From Planctomycetota bacterium (GTDB lineage Bacteria > Planctomycetota > UBA1135 > UBA2386), in NCBI GenBank assembly GCA_041398565.1, contig JAWKUN010000002.1, forward strand, positions 1,717,376 through 1,781,375: a DNA stretch of 64,000 nucleotides, read 5' to 3'. Shown here piece after piece: positions 47,901-59,824 of the stretch. The translations under genes were made by a program, and so were the position numbers. Each line of letters opens with the position of its first letter. Position 1 is the stretch's first letter. The notes beneath the pieces were generated by a model, which searched no databases, was not told where the DNA came from, and worked only from the letters and a program-made list of their open reading frames with translations.

Positions 47901-49460
47901 ATGGACACTCCGCGCCTGCGCTTCGCGCCTTCGCCCACGGGCCCGCTGCACCTCGGCGGTGCGCGCACCGCCATCTACAACTGGGCCGTCGCCCGCGCGC
48001 TCGGTGGTCGCTTCCTCCTGCGCATCGAGGACACCGACACGGCGCGCAACACCGAGGACGCGCTGCGCATCATCCTCGAGGGGCTGCGCTGGATCGGCGT
48101 CGACTGGGACGAGGGACCCGAGGTGGGGGGGACGCACGGGCCCTACTTCCAGAGCGAGCGTCTCGCGCTGTACGCGCGCTACGCCGAAGTCCTGCTCGCG
48201 GCCGGCCACGCCTACAAGTGCTACGCCACGCCCGAGGAGGTCGAGGCCGGGCGCGCCCGGCTGCTGGCCGAGGGCAAGAAGGGCATGTACGACCGCCGCG
48301 ACCGCGACCTCACGGCGGAGCAGCGCGCGCGCCACGAGGCCGAGGGGCGGGCCCCTTCGCTGCGCTACCGCATGCCGCTCGAGGGCAAGTTCGTGCTGCA
48401 GGACGCGATCCGCGGCACGGTCGAGGTCGACGTGGCCGAACTCGACGATTGGGTGATGGTGCGTCCCGACGGCATGCCGACCTACAACTTCGCGTGCGTG
48501 GTCGACGACAGCGAGATGAAGATCACGCACGTGGTGCGCGGCGAGGAGCACCTGATGAACGCCTTCAAGCAGGCGATCATGTTCGAGGCACTCGATCTGG
48601 AGCTGCCGCGCTACGCGCACGTGCCGCTCATCCTCGGCAAGGACGGCAAGAAGCTCAGCAAGCGCGACGTGTCGACGAACATTCTCGACTACCGCGACAA
48701 GGGCTATCCGCCGGACGCGGTGTTCAACTACATCGCGCTGCTCGGGTGGTCGTTCTCCGGCGACCGCGACGTGTTCTCCAGGGAGGAGATGCTGGCGCGC
48801 TTCAGGATGGAGGACATCCACGCGGCCGGCGCCAAGTTCGACGAGGAGAAGCTGCTGGCGATGTGCGGCCACTACATCCGCCAGATGGGGCGGGCCGACC
48901 TCGTCGCCGCCGTGCGCCCGTGGCTGGTGCGCGATGGCGCGGTCCCCGAGGCGGCGTTCGCCTCGCATCCCGGCCTCATCGAGAACGCGGTGGCCTGCTA
49001 CCAGGAGCGCATCGACCGCTACGGCGACCTGCCGGGCAAGCTCGGCTGGGTCCTGGTCGATCCCGAACTCGACGACGGCGCCAAGAAGGGACTCGCCAAG
49101 CACGCCGACGCGCCGCAGTGGTTGCGTGCCTACGCCGATCTACTGGAGGCGACGCCGCTGCCGCCGTCGTTCCCGGCCGACCGCGAGCGATGCGACCGCG
49201 CGGTCGCGCTGCCGGTGCCGAAGGATGCGGTCTTCCCGGCCGCAGACCAGCTCGGCTTCTTTGCCCCCCCGCACATCGAGGCGCAGATGCGCGCCTTCGC
49301 CGAGGAGCGCGGTATCAAGTTCGGACACCTGGTGCAGCCGGTCCGCGCGGCGCTCACCGGCACCGACAAGGGGCCGGGCCTGTTCGACGTGGTCTTCTTG
49401 CTGGGCAAGGAGGCGTGCGTGCGTCGGCTGCGGCGCCACGCCACGTCTGCCCGCAGCTGA
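47901..49460 (+). CDS. gltX: glutamate--tRNA ligase
   Basis: RFAPSPTGPLHLGGARTA (HIGH region) and KLSKRD (KMSKS) are present, with a full-length GluRS layout. An ATG at 47835 is an alternative start. Confidence 0.95.
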   Translation: MDTPRLRFAPSPTGPLHLGGARTAIYNWAVARALGGRFLLRIEDTDTARNTEDALRIILEGLRWIGVDWDEGPEVGGTHGPYFQSERLALYARYAEVLLAAGHAYKCYATPEEVEAGRARLLAEGKKGMYDRRDRDLTAEQRARHEAEGRAPSLRYRMPLEGKFVLQDAIRGTVEVDVAELDDWVMVRPDGMPTYNFACVVDDSEMKITHVVRGEEHLMNAFKQAIMFEALDLELPRYAHVPLILGKDGKKLSKRDVSTNILDYRDKGYPPDAVFNYIALLGWSFSGDRDVFSREEMLARFRMEDIHAAGAKFDEEKLLAMCGHYIRQMGRADLVAAVRPWLVRDGAVPEAAFASHPGLIENAVACYQERIDRYGDLPGKLGWVLVDPELDDGAKKGLAKHADAPQWLRAYADLLEATPLPPSFPADRERCDRAVALPVPKDAVFPAADQLGFFAPPHIEAQMRAFAEERGIKFGHLVQPVRAALTGTDKGPGLFDVVFLLGKEACVRRLRRHATSARS

Positions 49461-49562
49461 CGCACCGCAAGCCGTTGCCGCAGCCGACGCGTCGGTAGGC
49501 GCGCCCCGGATGTGACTTGTCGCCGGTTGCCTGGCGCGATGCCAGGGGGTACGCGTGTCGGC

Positions 49563-51533
49563 ATGCCTCGGTCGCGCGTACCTCTCTCCCTGGCCAGTCT
49601 CGTGCTGCTGAGCGGTGTCGCGATCGCCCAGCGTGTCAGCGATCGCCGGGCGACGCCGGCCGACAGCGGGTTGCTCGACAACCCCGACTCGCGCTCGCGC
49701 GTCGTCTGGTCGATGACGCTCGCCGGGAAGGGGGACAGCTGGCAGCGCGTCGAGCTCGGAGCCTGCGCGCTGCCGCCGGGGAGCATGCTCGTGGTGGGAC
49801 TGGCGGATCGCTCCGCCGTGCAACACCTCGACGCGAACAGTCTGCGTGCCTACGGCTCGCGCTCGTGCTTCTTCGACGGTGGCGATCTGCGCCTCGACCT
49901 GGTGGCGGGGCCGCGGACCGTCGGCAACCGGGTGGTGGTCGTCGCCGTCGAACACGGTCTGGAGCTGGCGCCGCAGACGCTGTGCGGCAGCGATGATCGC
50001 GTGCTGAGCTCGGATCCCCGGGTCGGCCGCACCTGGCCGACGCGCTGCACCGGCTTCTTGATCCTGCCGGATCTCGGTGTCACCGCCGGCCACTGCGTGA
50101 ACGCCAACGACGTCATCGAGTGGAACGTGCCGCTGTCCGACCCCAACGGCACTCCGCGCCAAGCCGCGCCGCGCGACCAGTATCCCATCCAATGGGTGGC
50201 GTCGCGCTACGCCGGCAGCGGTAGCTCCAACGACTGGGCGGTGTTCCGCATCGGCATCAACAGCGAGACCGGCAAGCTGCCCAACCACGACCGCGGCTTC
50301 ACCTGGTTCCAACTCGGCTCGCCGTCCCTGGTGCAGCCCTTCGATGCGGTCTCGATCACCGGATACGGCGAGGTGGCGCCACCGGTCGACCCGCGCTGGA
50401 ACTCGGTTCAGAAGCGCCACGCCGGGGCGGTGATGCAGAACCTGATGCAGCCGCCCGACCCGACCGTCCTGTTCACGGCGGTCGACACCAGCGGCGGCAA
50501 CTCGGGCAGCCCGGTCGTGCTCGACCGTTCGGGCCGGGTCGTGGCCGTGCACACGAACGGCTTCTGCGACCCCACCGCGCCGGAGCTGATGGCGTTCGCC
50601 TTCACGCGCGGCGTGGAAGGGTGGGGACCGGCCGGGCTCGTGCAGTGGGAGGCGACGGGCGGCGCTCCCGATGGCCACGTGTCGATGGCCTGCCCGATCT
50701 ACATCAACCACCCGTTCGGCAACATGGCGGCGTGGCTCGGCCACGACCTGGTGTTCGACGCCAGGTTCGAGGGCTTCGGCGCCAGCGACATCCTGCAGGT
50801 GAAGCTGAACGCGAGCAGCGACGCTGCCGAGGCGCAGGTGACGCAAACCGGCGGCGACGACCTCGGCGGTGGTTGGCGCCGCTATCGGATCCCGCTGGTG
50901 CCCTCGGCGTGGACGACCTCGACGTCGCTGGCCAATGTGCTCACCACGCTCGTCGATCTCACCTTCGACCCGTCGCTGTGCCCGGGCAGCGCCCGCCTGC
51001 ACCTCGACAACGTGGCGTTCCAGCCGTGGGACGCCGGTTGGTCGCGTCCGGCGGGCAACATGGCGACGCGCGTCGACCGCCCGGAGTTCGCCGCGGTGCT
51101 CACCGCCGAGCTGGCGACCGGCGTCCTGCCGCGGGTCAGCACCTTCGGGGCAGGTTGCCCGCACAGCAGCGGTCTGGCAACGCTGGCGCCGCAGGGGGTG
51201 GCGCGGGTCGGCGGCCAGGCGCGGGCGACGGTCACCGGCCTGCCGGCGACCAGTGCGGTCGGTCTGTTCCTCATCGGCTTCTCGCGCAACGAATGGGGCG
51301 CGCTGCCGCTGCCGCTGCCCCTCGCCTTCCTGGGCCGGGCCGACTGTCGGTTGTCGGTGAGTCTCGACATCGTGCTCGACGTCGGGATCACCGGCGGCGT
51401 CGCCAGCTCGACGCTCGGCTTGCCGGCCGCCGCCAACGTCCTCGGGCTCGCCTTGTTCGAGCAGTTCTTGCTGGTCGAGACGAGCAGCGCCGTGGCCCTG
51501 ACCCAGGCGGCCCAGTTCCTGGTGGGCAGCTGA
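49563..51533 (+). CDS. secreted S1-family (glutamyl-endopeptidase-like) serine protease with extra beta domain and shared FG.GC C-terminal module
   Basis: ATG at 49563 gives the signal peptide MPRSRVPLSLASLVLLSGVAIAQ. Catalytic triad contexts are VTAGHC, NDWAVFRI and GGNSGSPV. The last 129 aa form the shared tail. Confidence 0.8.
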   Translation: MPRSRVPLSLASLVLLSGVAIAQRVSDRRATPADSGLLDNPDSRSRVVWSMTLAGKGDSWQRVELGACALPPGSMLVVGLADRSAVQHLDANSLRAYGSRSCFFDGGDLRLDLVAGPRTVGNRVVVVAVEHGLELAPQTLCGSDDRVLSSDPRVGRTWPTRCTGFLILPDLGVTAGHCVNANDVIEWNVPLSDPNGTPRQAAPRDQYPIQWVASRYAGSGSSNDWAVFRIGINSETGKLPNHDRGFTWFQLGSPSLVQPFDAVSITGYGEVAPPVDPRWNSVQKRHAGAVMQNLMQPPDPTVLFTAVDTSGGNSGSPVVLDRSGRVVAVHTNGFCDPTAPELMAFAFTRGVEGWGPAGLVQWEATGGAPDGHVSMACPIYINHPFGNMAAWLGHDLVFDARFEGFGASDILQVKLNASSDAAEAQVTQTGGDDLGGGWRRYRIPLVPSAWTTSTSLANVLTTLVDLTFDPSLCPGSARLHLDNVAFQPWDAGWSRPAGNMATRVDRPEFAAVLTAELATGVLPRVSTFGAGCPHSSGLATLAPQGVARVGGQARATVTGLPATSAVGLFLIGFSRNEWGALPLPLPLAFLGRADCRLSVSLDIVLDVGITGGVASSTLGLPAAANVLGLALFEQFLLVETSSAVALTQAAQFLVGS

Positions 51534-51732
51534 CCTTTCCGGCCGGTGTCGCAGTCGGCGTGCGGCGCGCGGGCGGCGAGCCAGGAGCGGGTTCGATCAC
51601 GGCATGACCTCGAGCAGGAGATCCGCCGACTCGAGGCCATGCCATCCGACCCTGGCCGCGCCAAGGCGATTAGGATGTTGCGACGGCGCCTCGATGGCGC
51701 CTGACCAGTCAGTTCAGGTTCAGGAGGCTTCC

Positions 51733-52659
51733 ATGACCGTGATTCGACCCCTGCCGGCGCTCTTGCTCGTGTGCGTCGGCCTGTCCGCGCAGGAGGGACA
51801 GACGAGAGAGAAGGACGAGACCGCGCGCATCGACAGCGTCGGCGCCGCCCTCGATACGGCCTTGGCCAAAGCGCGCACGCACGCCAAGCGCGTGTTGGTC
51901 GTGTGGACCGACGGCGGTGCCGCCGGCGAGGCCCTGGCCAAGGCGATGAAGGCGCGCGCGCTGTCGCACCTGCTGCAGTACGAGTACGCGGTGGCGACCG
52001 TGTCCGCAATCGATGGCGCGGCCCTCGCCAAGCAGCTCGGCTGCGAACGCTTGGTCCTCGAGCCGCCTGCGGCCGCTGTGCTCGACGCCGAGCGGCGCGT
52101 GCTCGCTCGGCTCGGTCACGCCGACCTGTTCGAGGGCGACGCGGTCGCCGCCAAGGCCCTCACCGAGAAGCTGGGCGAGCTGAAGGCCGAGCCGCTCGAC
52201 GGCGACGCCGTGCTGGCGGCGGGCCTGGCTCGAGCCAAGAAGCTCGACTTGCGCGTGTTCGTGCGCTTCGACGCGCCCTGGTGAGGGTGGTGCAAAGTGC
52301 TCGAGGAGTTCCTCGAGCGACCGAAGGTGGCACCGCTGCTGGCCAAGGACTGGGTCGACGTCATGATCGACACCGAGCGCATGACGCACGGGCAGGCGAT
52401 CATGGATCGCCTCAAGGGCAAGCGGCAGGGTGGCCTGCCCTGGATGATCGTGCTCGATGCCGACGGCAAGGAGCTGATCACCTCGAACAAGGAGGACGGC
52501 GGCGGCAACATCGGCGGACCGGTGCAGCCCGAAGAGATCGCGCATTTCATACAGATGCTGCGACGCACGAAGCAGCACATGAGCGACGAGGACGTGGCGA
52601 CGGTGGAGGGTGAGCTGAACGAGTACGCCAAGCCCTTCCAGAGACCGCAGCGCCGGTAG
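51733..52659 (+). CDS. exported tandem thioredoxin-fold protein, candidate selenoprotein (UGA at 52282-52284 read as Sec in a U-G-W-C redox motif)
   Basis: ATG at 51733 with AGGAGG 6 nt upstream, and a signal peptide. The frame reads ...VFVRFDAPW-TGA-GWCKVLEEFLERP... and continues to TAG at 52659. The track shows it as two same-frame ORFs (51604-52284 and 52297-52659). A SECIS-like hairpin follows. If it is not recoded, the alternative is a truncated or pseudogenised Trx-like gene. Confidence 0.6.
52299..52318 (+). promoter_or_regulatory. SECIS-like stem-loop
   Basis: GCTCGAGG-AGTT-CCTCGAGC is a perfect 8-bp stem with a 4-nt loop that has G at its second position. It starts 14 nt after the UGA, and the loop is 22 nt after it. 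A possible lower stem is GGTGC (52289-52293) / GCACC (52330-52334). Confidence 0.5.
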
Positions 52660-52892
52660 GTGTCATCTCGCTGCGCTGGCGAGTCGCGCGCCGTTGCGCG
52701 GACTCGCCGAGCGCGGCGGCCCACGTCGCTCCGGTCGGACCGCATTGCGGCGCCGGCTGCGTCGCGGCCGGCCGCACCTGCGCCTTCCGGCCACGCGCCA
52801 CGTGTTGCGACGGTCCCCACTCGACCTCGTCCGTTGCCGCCGGATCGCTCCCATCCAGATCTTCTGCACTTTTGGAAAGTATCTGGATCTAG

Positions 52893-55751
<2,859 letters not shown>

Positions 55752-55760
55752 GCCGTGCGG

Positions 55761-55786
55761 CTGGCGATCGCGCCTGCGATCGCCAG
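55761..55786 (+). terminator. GC-rich hairpin after katG (possible terminator, no U tract)
   Basis: CTGGCGATCGC-GCCT-GCGATCGCCAG is an 11-bp perfect stem starting 10 nt after the katG stop. It lies in a convergent gap with the rhomboid gene. Confidence 0.4.
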
Positions 55787-55892
55787 CGACATCGAGCTAG
55801 CAGCGACATCGAGCAAGGAAGCCGGCGAAGCTGTCATCCTCGGCAGCCGCATCGGTTCCCGGCGCGGCCGGCGTCGGGCTGCCCGCCCGCAA

Positions 55893-56732
55893 TCAGCGCC
55901 GGACGACGCGCTGCCACTGCGCCGGCGCGACGTCGCGCACGCGCTCGGTCTCCGGCACCAGCATCAGGGCCCGCACGTACGGAAGGCGTGCGTCGGCGTC
56001 GGGGGCGCTGAGGAACTTGCGCACCAGGTAGTCGGCGCGGGCCGTCGGGAAGCACGTGTACAGCGTGCTGGTCGCCAGCAGGGTCGCCCACCCGGCGCGG
56101 GCCCACGCCGAGACCCGGTCTTGCATGCGGCCCCGCTCCAGGAAGCAGAACGTCAGCACGAAGCCGGCGAGCATGCCGCCGAGGTGGGCGGCGTTGCTCA
56201 CGTAGGGGATGATCCAGCCCAGTACCAGGTTGGCGACGATGGTGCCGAGGAAGGACCGCGCGCCGGAGTGGTCGAGGAAGTCGAGCAGGTGGCGGCCGCC
56301 GCGCATGTTCAGGGCGAGGATGGCGCCCATCATCGCGAACAGGGCACCCGAGCCGCCGACCAGGGGCGTCTGCGCCGAGTGCCAGAACACGCCGGCGACG
56401 CTGCCGCCGAGGGCGCCGACCAGATAGAGGACAGCGAAGCGGGCGCTACCGAGCCAGCGCTCGAGGGTGGGGCCGAGCGCCAGCAGCGATGCGGCGTTCA
56501 CCAGCACGTGCAGGAGGTTGCCGTGCACGAATGCGTAGGTGAGCAGGCGCCACGATTCGCCGTCTTGGATCTCGTCGCCGATCGCGCTCAAGGTCGTGCG
56601 GGCCCAATCGCCCAGTGACAGCTCGGAGCCGGGCCGACGTCCGGGATACATGAACACCGCGTAGGCGAGGAGCACCACGTAGGTGAGCGGCGTGTCCTGC
56701 GGCTGGCTCCGCCGCGTGCCGGCAGCGCTCAT
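55893..56732 (-). CDS. rhomboid-family intramembrane serine protease
   Basis: WRLLTYAFVHGNLLHVLVN, GGSGALFAMMG (GxSG) and NAAHLGGMLAGF are present. The ATG at 56732 overlaps the upstream TPR gene stop (ATGA); the track start at 56750 is less likely. Confidence 0.88.
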   Translation of the reverse strand: MSAAGTRRSQPQDTPLTYVVLLAYAVFMYPGRRPGSELSLGDWARTTLSAIGDEIQDGESWRLLTYAFVHGNLLHVLVNAASLLALGPTLERWLGSARFAVLYLVGALGGSVAGVFWHSAQTPLVGGSGALFAMMGAILALNMRGGRHLLDFLDHSGARSFLGTIVANLVLGWIIPYVSNAAHLGGMLAGFVLTFCFLERGRMQDRVSAWARAGWATLLATSTLYTCFPTARADYLVRKFLSAPDADARLPYVRALMLVPETERVRDVAPAQWQRVVRR

Positions 56733-57517
56733 CGGTAGCCTCCCAACCACAGCGCGACGCGGGCGCGCGCGCGGGCGTTCTGCTCCTCCAAGGACAACTG
56801 GCGACCGTCGGTGGGTGGTGCCGCGGCTTCCGCCAGCAGCATCCGACTCTCGTCGCGCTGGCCCAGGCCGGCGAGCGCGCGCGCGTGCAGCACGAGCGCG
56901 ACGCGCGGGTCGCCGTGCAGGCTACGGAACCGGCGCAGCACGAAGTCGGCCTCGTGGTGCAGGCGCGCCTGCTCGAGGATGGCCGCCAGGTCGAGGAACG
57001 GCTGCCCCGACGCGAGCTGGGTGTCGGCCGCCAGCACCCGCTGCAGTCCGTCGACCGCACCCTGCAGGTCGCCGGCGTCGCGCCGCGCCAGCGCCAGCTG
57101 GTAGCGCGCGCCGGTATGCGAGCCATCCAGATGCACCGCCTGTTCCAGGTGCTTGACGGCGGCTGCGGCTTGGCCGCGCTCGCGCAGGAAGCGACCGACC
57201 GCGAAGTGGTCGTTCACGGTCTCGAGCTGAGCGAGGCGCGCGTACGCGTCGCGGACCGGCTTGTCGGAGGTGGCCATGCGCATCCAGGCGCGGCGCACGC
57301 GCAGCCGCAAGCTGGGCACGAACGGCGGGTACAGAAGGACCGCGACGGCACCCGCCACCAGCACGCCCCACGCCAGCCAGCCCGAGCCGCGCGTCACCCA
57401 CTGCGCCGCGGACACGCCCGCCGTCGGCTGTGCCGCTCCCAGCGCCAGCAACGCCAACGGCCACAGGGCGACGAGCCAGAGCAAGGAGACGGCGAGGACG
57501 CGCGGTGAGCGGAACAC
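56729..57517 (-). CDS. membrane-anchored TPR-repeat protein
   Basis: Two N-terminal TM helices, then TPR-like helices (AVKHLEQAVHLDGSHTGARYQLALARRDAGDLQGAV). The start is uncertain: GTG at 57517 is chosen, and ATG at 57640 is possible. Confidence 0.65.
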   Translation of the reverse strand: MFRSPRVLAVSLLWLVALWPLALLALGAAQPTAGVSAAQWVTRGSGWLAWGVLVAGAVAVLLYPPFVPSLRLRVRRAWMRMATSDKPVRDAYARLAQLETVNDHFAVGRFLRERGQAAAAVKHLEQAVHLDGSHTGARYQLALARRDAGDLQGAVDGLQRVLAADTQLASGQPFLDLAAILEQARLHHEADFVLRRFRSLHGDPRVALVLHARALAGLGQRDESRMLLAEAAAPPTDGRQLSLEEQNARARARVALWLGGYR

Positions 57518-57638
57518 GGGAGCAGGTCGGCGACGGCCCGGTGGTACCGCCGGGTGGGTCGGCCAGTGTAGCGAACGTGGACACGCGGTCGATCTTCCGC
57601 TGGCGGCCGGTTCCGGCTGGCCGCGACCTCGACGGCGC

Positions 57639-59786
57639 ATGAGCTTCTCTGGCGATCTCAAGGGCATCGGACTCCCCGACGTGCTGCAGAACCTGCAGGC
57701 CAACCGCCTGACGGGCACGCTGCGTGTCGAGGGGCGTCCTGGCGCACGTTACGTGGAGATCACCCAGGGGGCCATCACGGGTTTCTCGCTGGGGCCCAAC
57801 AAGGGCTTGCCGCTCAACGAGCACCTCGTGCACCGTCGCTTCGTCACGCGCGACCAGCTGAAGGCGGCGTTGGACAAGCGCCGTGGCAGCCGCAAGCCGC
57901 TGCGGGTGGTGCTGGCCCAGGGCGGCGTGCTCGACGAAGACGGCTTCAGACTCGCTCTGCGCGAAGTCATGTGCGAGCAGCTGTGCGACCTGCTCGGCTG
58001 GAGCGAGGCGACGTTCGCCTTCACCGACGGGCCGGCGCCGGCGCGCGTGTTCGACAGCGAGCAGCGCAGTGCGGAGATGCGGCTGGAGATCGGCCCGGTG
58101 CTGATGGAGAGCGCGCGGCGCATCGACGAGCTGCAACGCATCGGCAACGTGATCGGCTCCGACTGCGACGTCTTCGTGCGCCTGGACGTCGAGGCGACCG
58201 ACGATCTCGACGAGGTCGCCGCGGCCGTCCTCGACGAGATCGACGGGCGCAGCGATGTCGGCACGCTGGTGCGGCGCGTGCCCTATCTGCGCTTCGACGT
58301 GCTCAAGGCGCTCGCCCAGCTGGTGAGCGACGGGCTGGTGCGACCGTGCGGCGGCGTCGAGATCGAGGCGATGGCGGCGCGCGCGCTGGCCGACGGTGAC
58401 GACGAGGGCGCGGTGGTGTTGCTGGGGCGTGCCCTCGATCGCGAGCGCAACAACCAGAGTCTGCGGCAGCGCTTGGTGGAAGTGCTGTTGCGTTTGGGGC
58501 GCAACGTCGAAGCGGCGAACGAGCTGGCGCTGCTCGGCTACGCCGCCAGCAAGGGCGACGACCCGGTTGACGCCGTCGACTACTACGCGCGTGCCAGCGA
58601 GCTGGCGCCCGACGACGTCACCCTCGCCGAACGCTACGTCGAGGCACTCGAAGCGCACGGCGAGCCCGAGGACCACGGCGTGGCGGCGCAGGCGCTTGCC
58701 GACCGCTTGTTGGCGGCGGGGCTCGCCGAGCGCGCGGCCGCCGTGCTGACCCGTGCCTGTGGCCGGCCCGAGCTGCGCGCCGACCTGACCCTGCTCGGGC
58801 GCCTGGCGGAGACCGAGGAACAGCTCGGACACACGCAGCGTGCAGCAGAGCTGTGGCGTGGCGCTGCCGACCTCGGTCGCGACGACGTTCCCGGCGCGCT
58901 GCAGATGCTGCGGCGCGCGGCCCGCCTGCAGCCGGGCGACCATGCGCTCGCCCGCCGGATCGTCCAGCTCGAGACCGGTTACGCCGCGCGTGCGCGTCGG
59001 CGGCGCCGCCGCCTCCTGTCGCTGGCGGCGGCGGCGTGTTGCAGTGGCGTGCTGGCCACCGCCGGGATCACCGAGTTCTTGGCGGCGCGTGCGGTGATCG
59101 CCACCTTCGAGAGCAACCTCGACGAGGTTGCGCGCGGCGTGCCGGCAGCGGCGGTCGTCGGCTTGGAGAACGTCCGTTCGGGCTTCGCCTGGACCGGGAC
59201 CGGCCGCACCGCCGAGCGTCTCGTGGCACGCCTGGTCGAACTGCAGGTCCGCGCCGCCCAGGATGCGCTGGCCGCCGACGATCCGGCCGCGGCCATCTCG
59301 GGCCTCGAACGCCTGCAGAGCAACACCGACCGTCGCGACCAACAGCGGCGGCTGGAGGCTTTGTTGCACCAGGCGCACTTGGAGCGCCACGCGCAGGAGC
59401 TGCTGGCCGCAGCCACGGCAGTGCCGCCGCTCGCCAGCGCCGCCGGCGAGTTGGCCCGCCTCGTCGACCCCGAGCTGTTGACCTTCCACCTGCGCCACGT
59501 CGAGCGCGTGCGCGGCGAAGCGCGGACGGCCCTGTTGAAGGCGCTGCGTGCGCTCGACGACCCACGCGCGGTGCCTGCCGCAGCGCGCCTGTACGTGGCC
59601 GGCGACGGCGATGTCGCGCAGACCGAGCTGGTGCGTGGGATCTTGCAGGCTGCGGGCAAGCGCCGCAGTACGGAGTCGCTCGAGCTGTGGGGGCCGACGC
59701 TCACCGAGTTGCAGCACCGGGCACGCGATGCCGACGCCACCGCCGAGCGCGCGCGGCAGGTGCTCGACTGGCTCCTGGGGATGTGA
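57639..59786 (+). CDS. DUF4388 (PatA-like N-terminal) domain protein with TPR region and one internal TM helix
   Basis: In-frame ATG at 57639. FSGDLKGIGLPDVLQNLQANRLTGTLRV is the DUF4388 signature. TPR-like helices follow. Confidence 0.75.
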   Translation: MSFSGDLKGIGLPDVLQNLQANRLTGTLRVEGRPGARYVEITQGAITGFSLGPNKGLPLNEHLVHRRFVTRDQLKAALDKRRGSRKPLRVVLAQGGVLDEDGFRLALREVMCEQLCDLLGWSEATFAFTDGPAPARVFDSEQRSAEMRLEIGPVLMESARRIDELQRIGNVIGSDCDVFVRLDVEATDDLDEVAAAVLDEIDGRSDVGTLVRRVPYLRFDVLKALAQLVSDGLVRPCGGVEIEAMAARALADGDDEGAVVLLGRALDRERNNQSLRQRLVEVLLRLGRNVEAANELALLGYAASKGDDPVDAVDYYARASELAPDDVTLAERYVEALEAHGEPEDHGVAAQALADRLLAAGLAERAAAVLTRACGRPELRADLTLLGRLAETEEQLGHTQRAAELWRGAADLGRDDVPGALQMLRRAARLQPGDHALARRIVQLETGYAARARRRRRRLLSLAAAACCSGVLATAGITEFLAARAVIATFESNLDEVARGVPAAAVVGLENVRSGFAWTGTGRTAERLVARLVELQVRAAQDALAADDPAAAISGLERLQSNTDRRDQQRRLEALLHQAHLERHAQELLAAATAVPPLASAAGELARLVDPELLTFHLRHVERVRGEARTALLKALRALDDPRAVPAAARLYVAGDGDVAQTELVRGILQAAGKRRSTESLELWGPTLTELQHRARDADATAERARQVLDWLLGM

Positions 59787-59824
59787 GCCTCCGGGGGTTC
59801 CCACCTCGGCGGGAGTGGCGCACG

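Noticed and set aside
57638-57641. Possible shared CATG start for the divergent TPR (minus) and DUF4388 (plus) genes.
   Set aside because: The minus-strand N-terminal extension from 57640 is Arg/Pro-rich and unconvincing. GTG at 57517, just before the first TM helix, is at least as good, so the overlap is not asserted as a feature.
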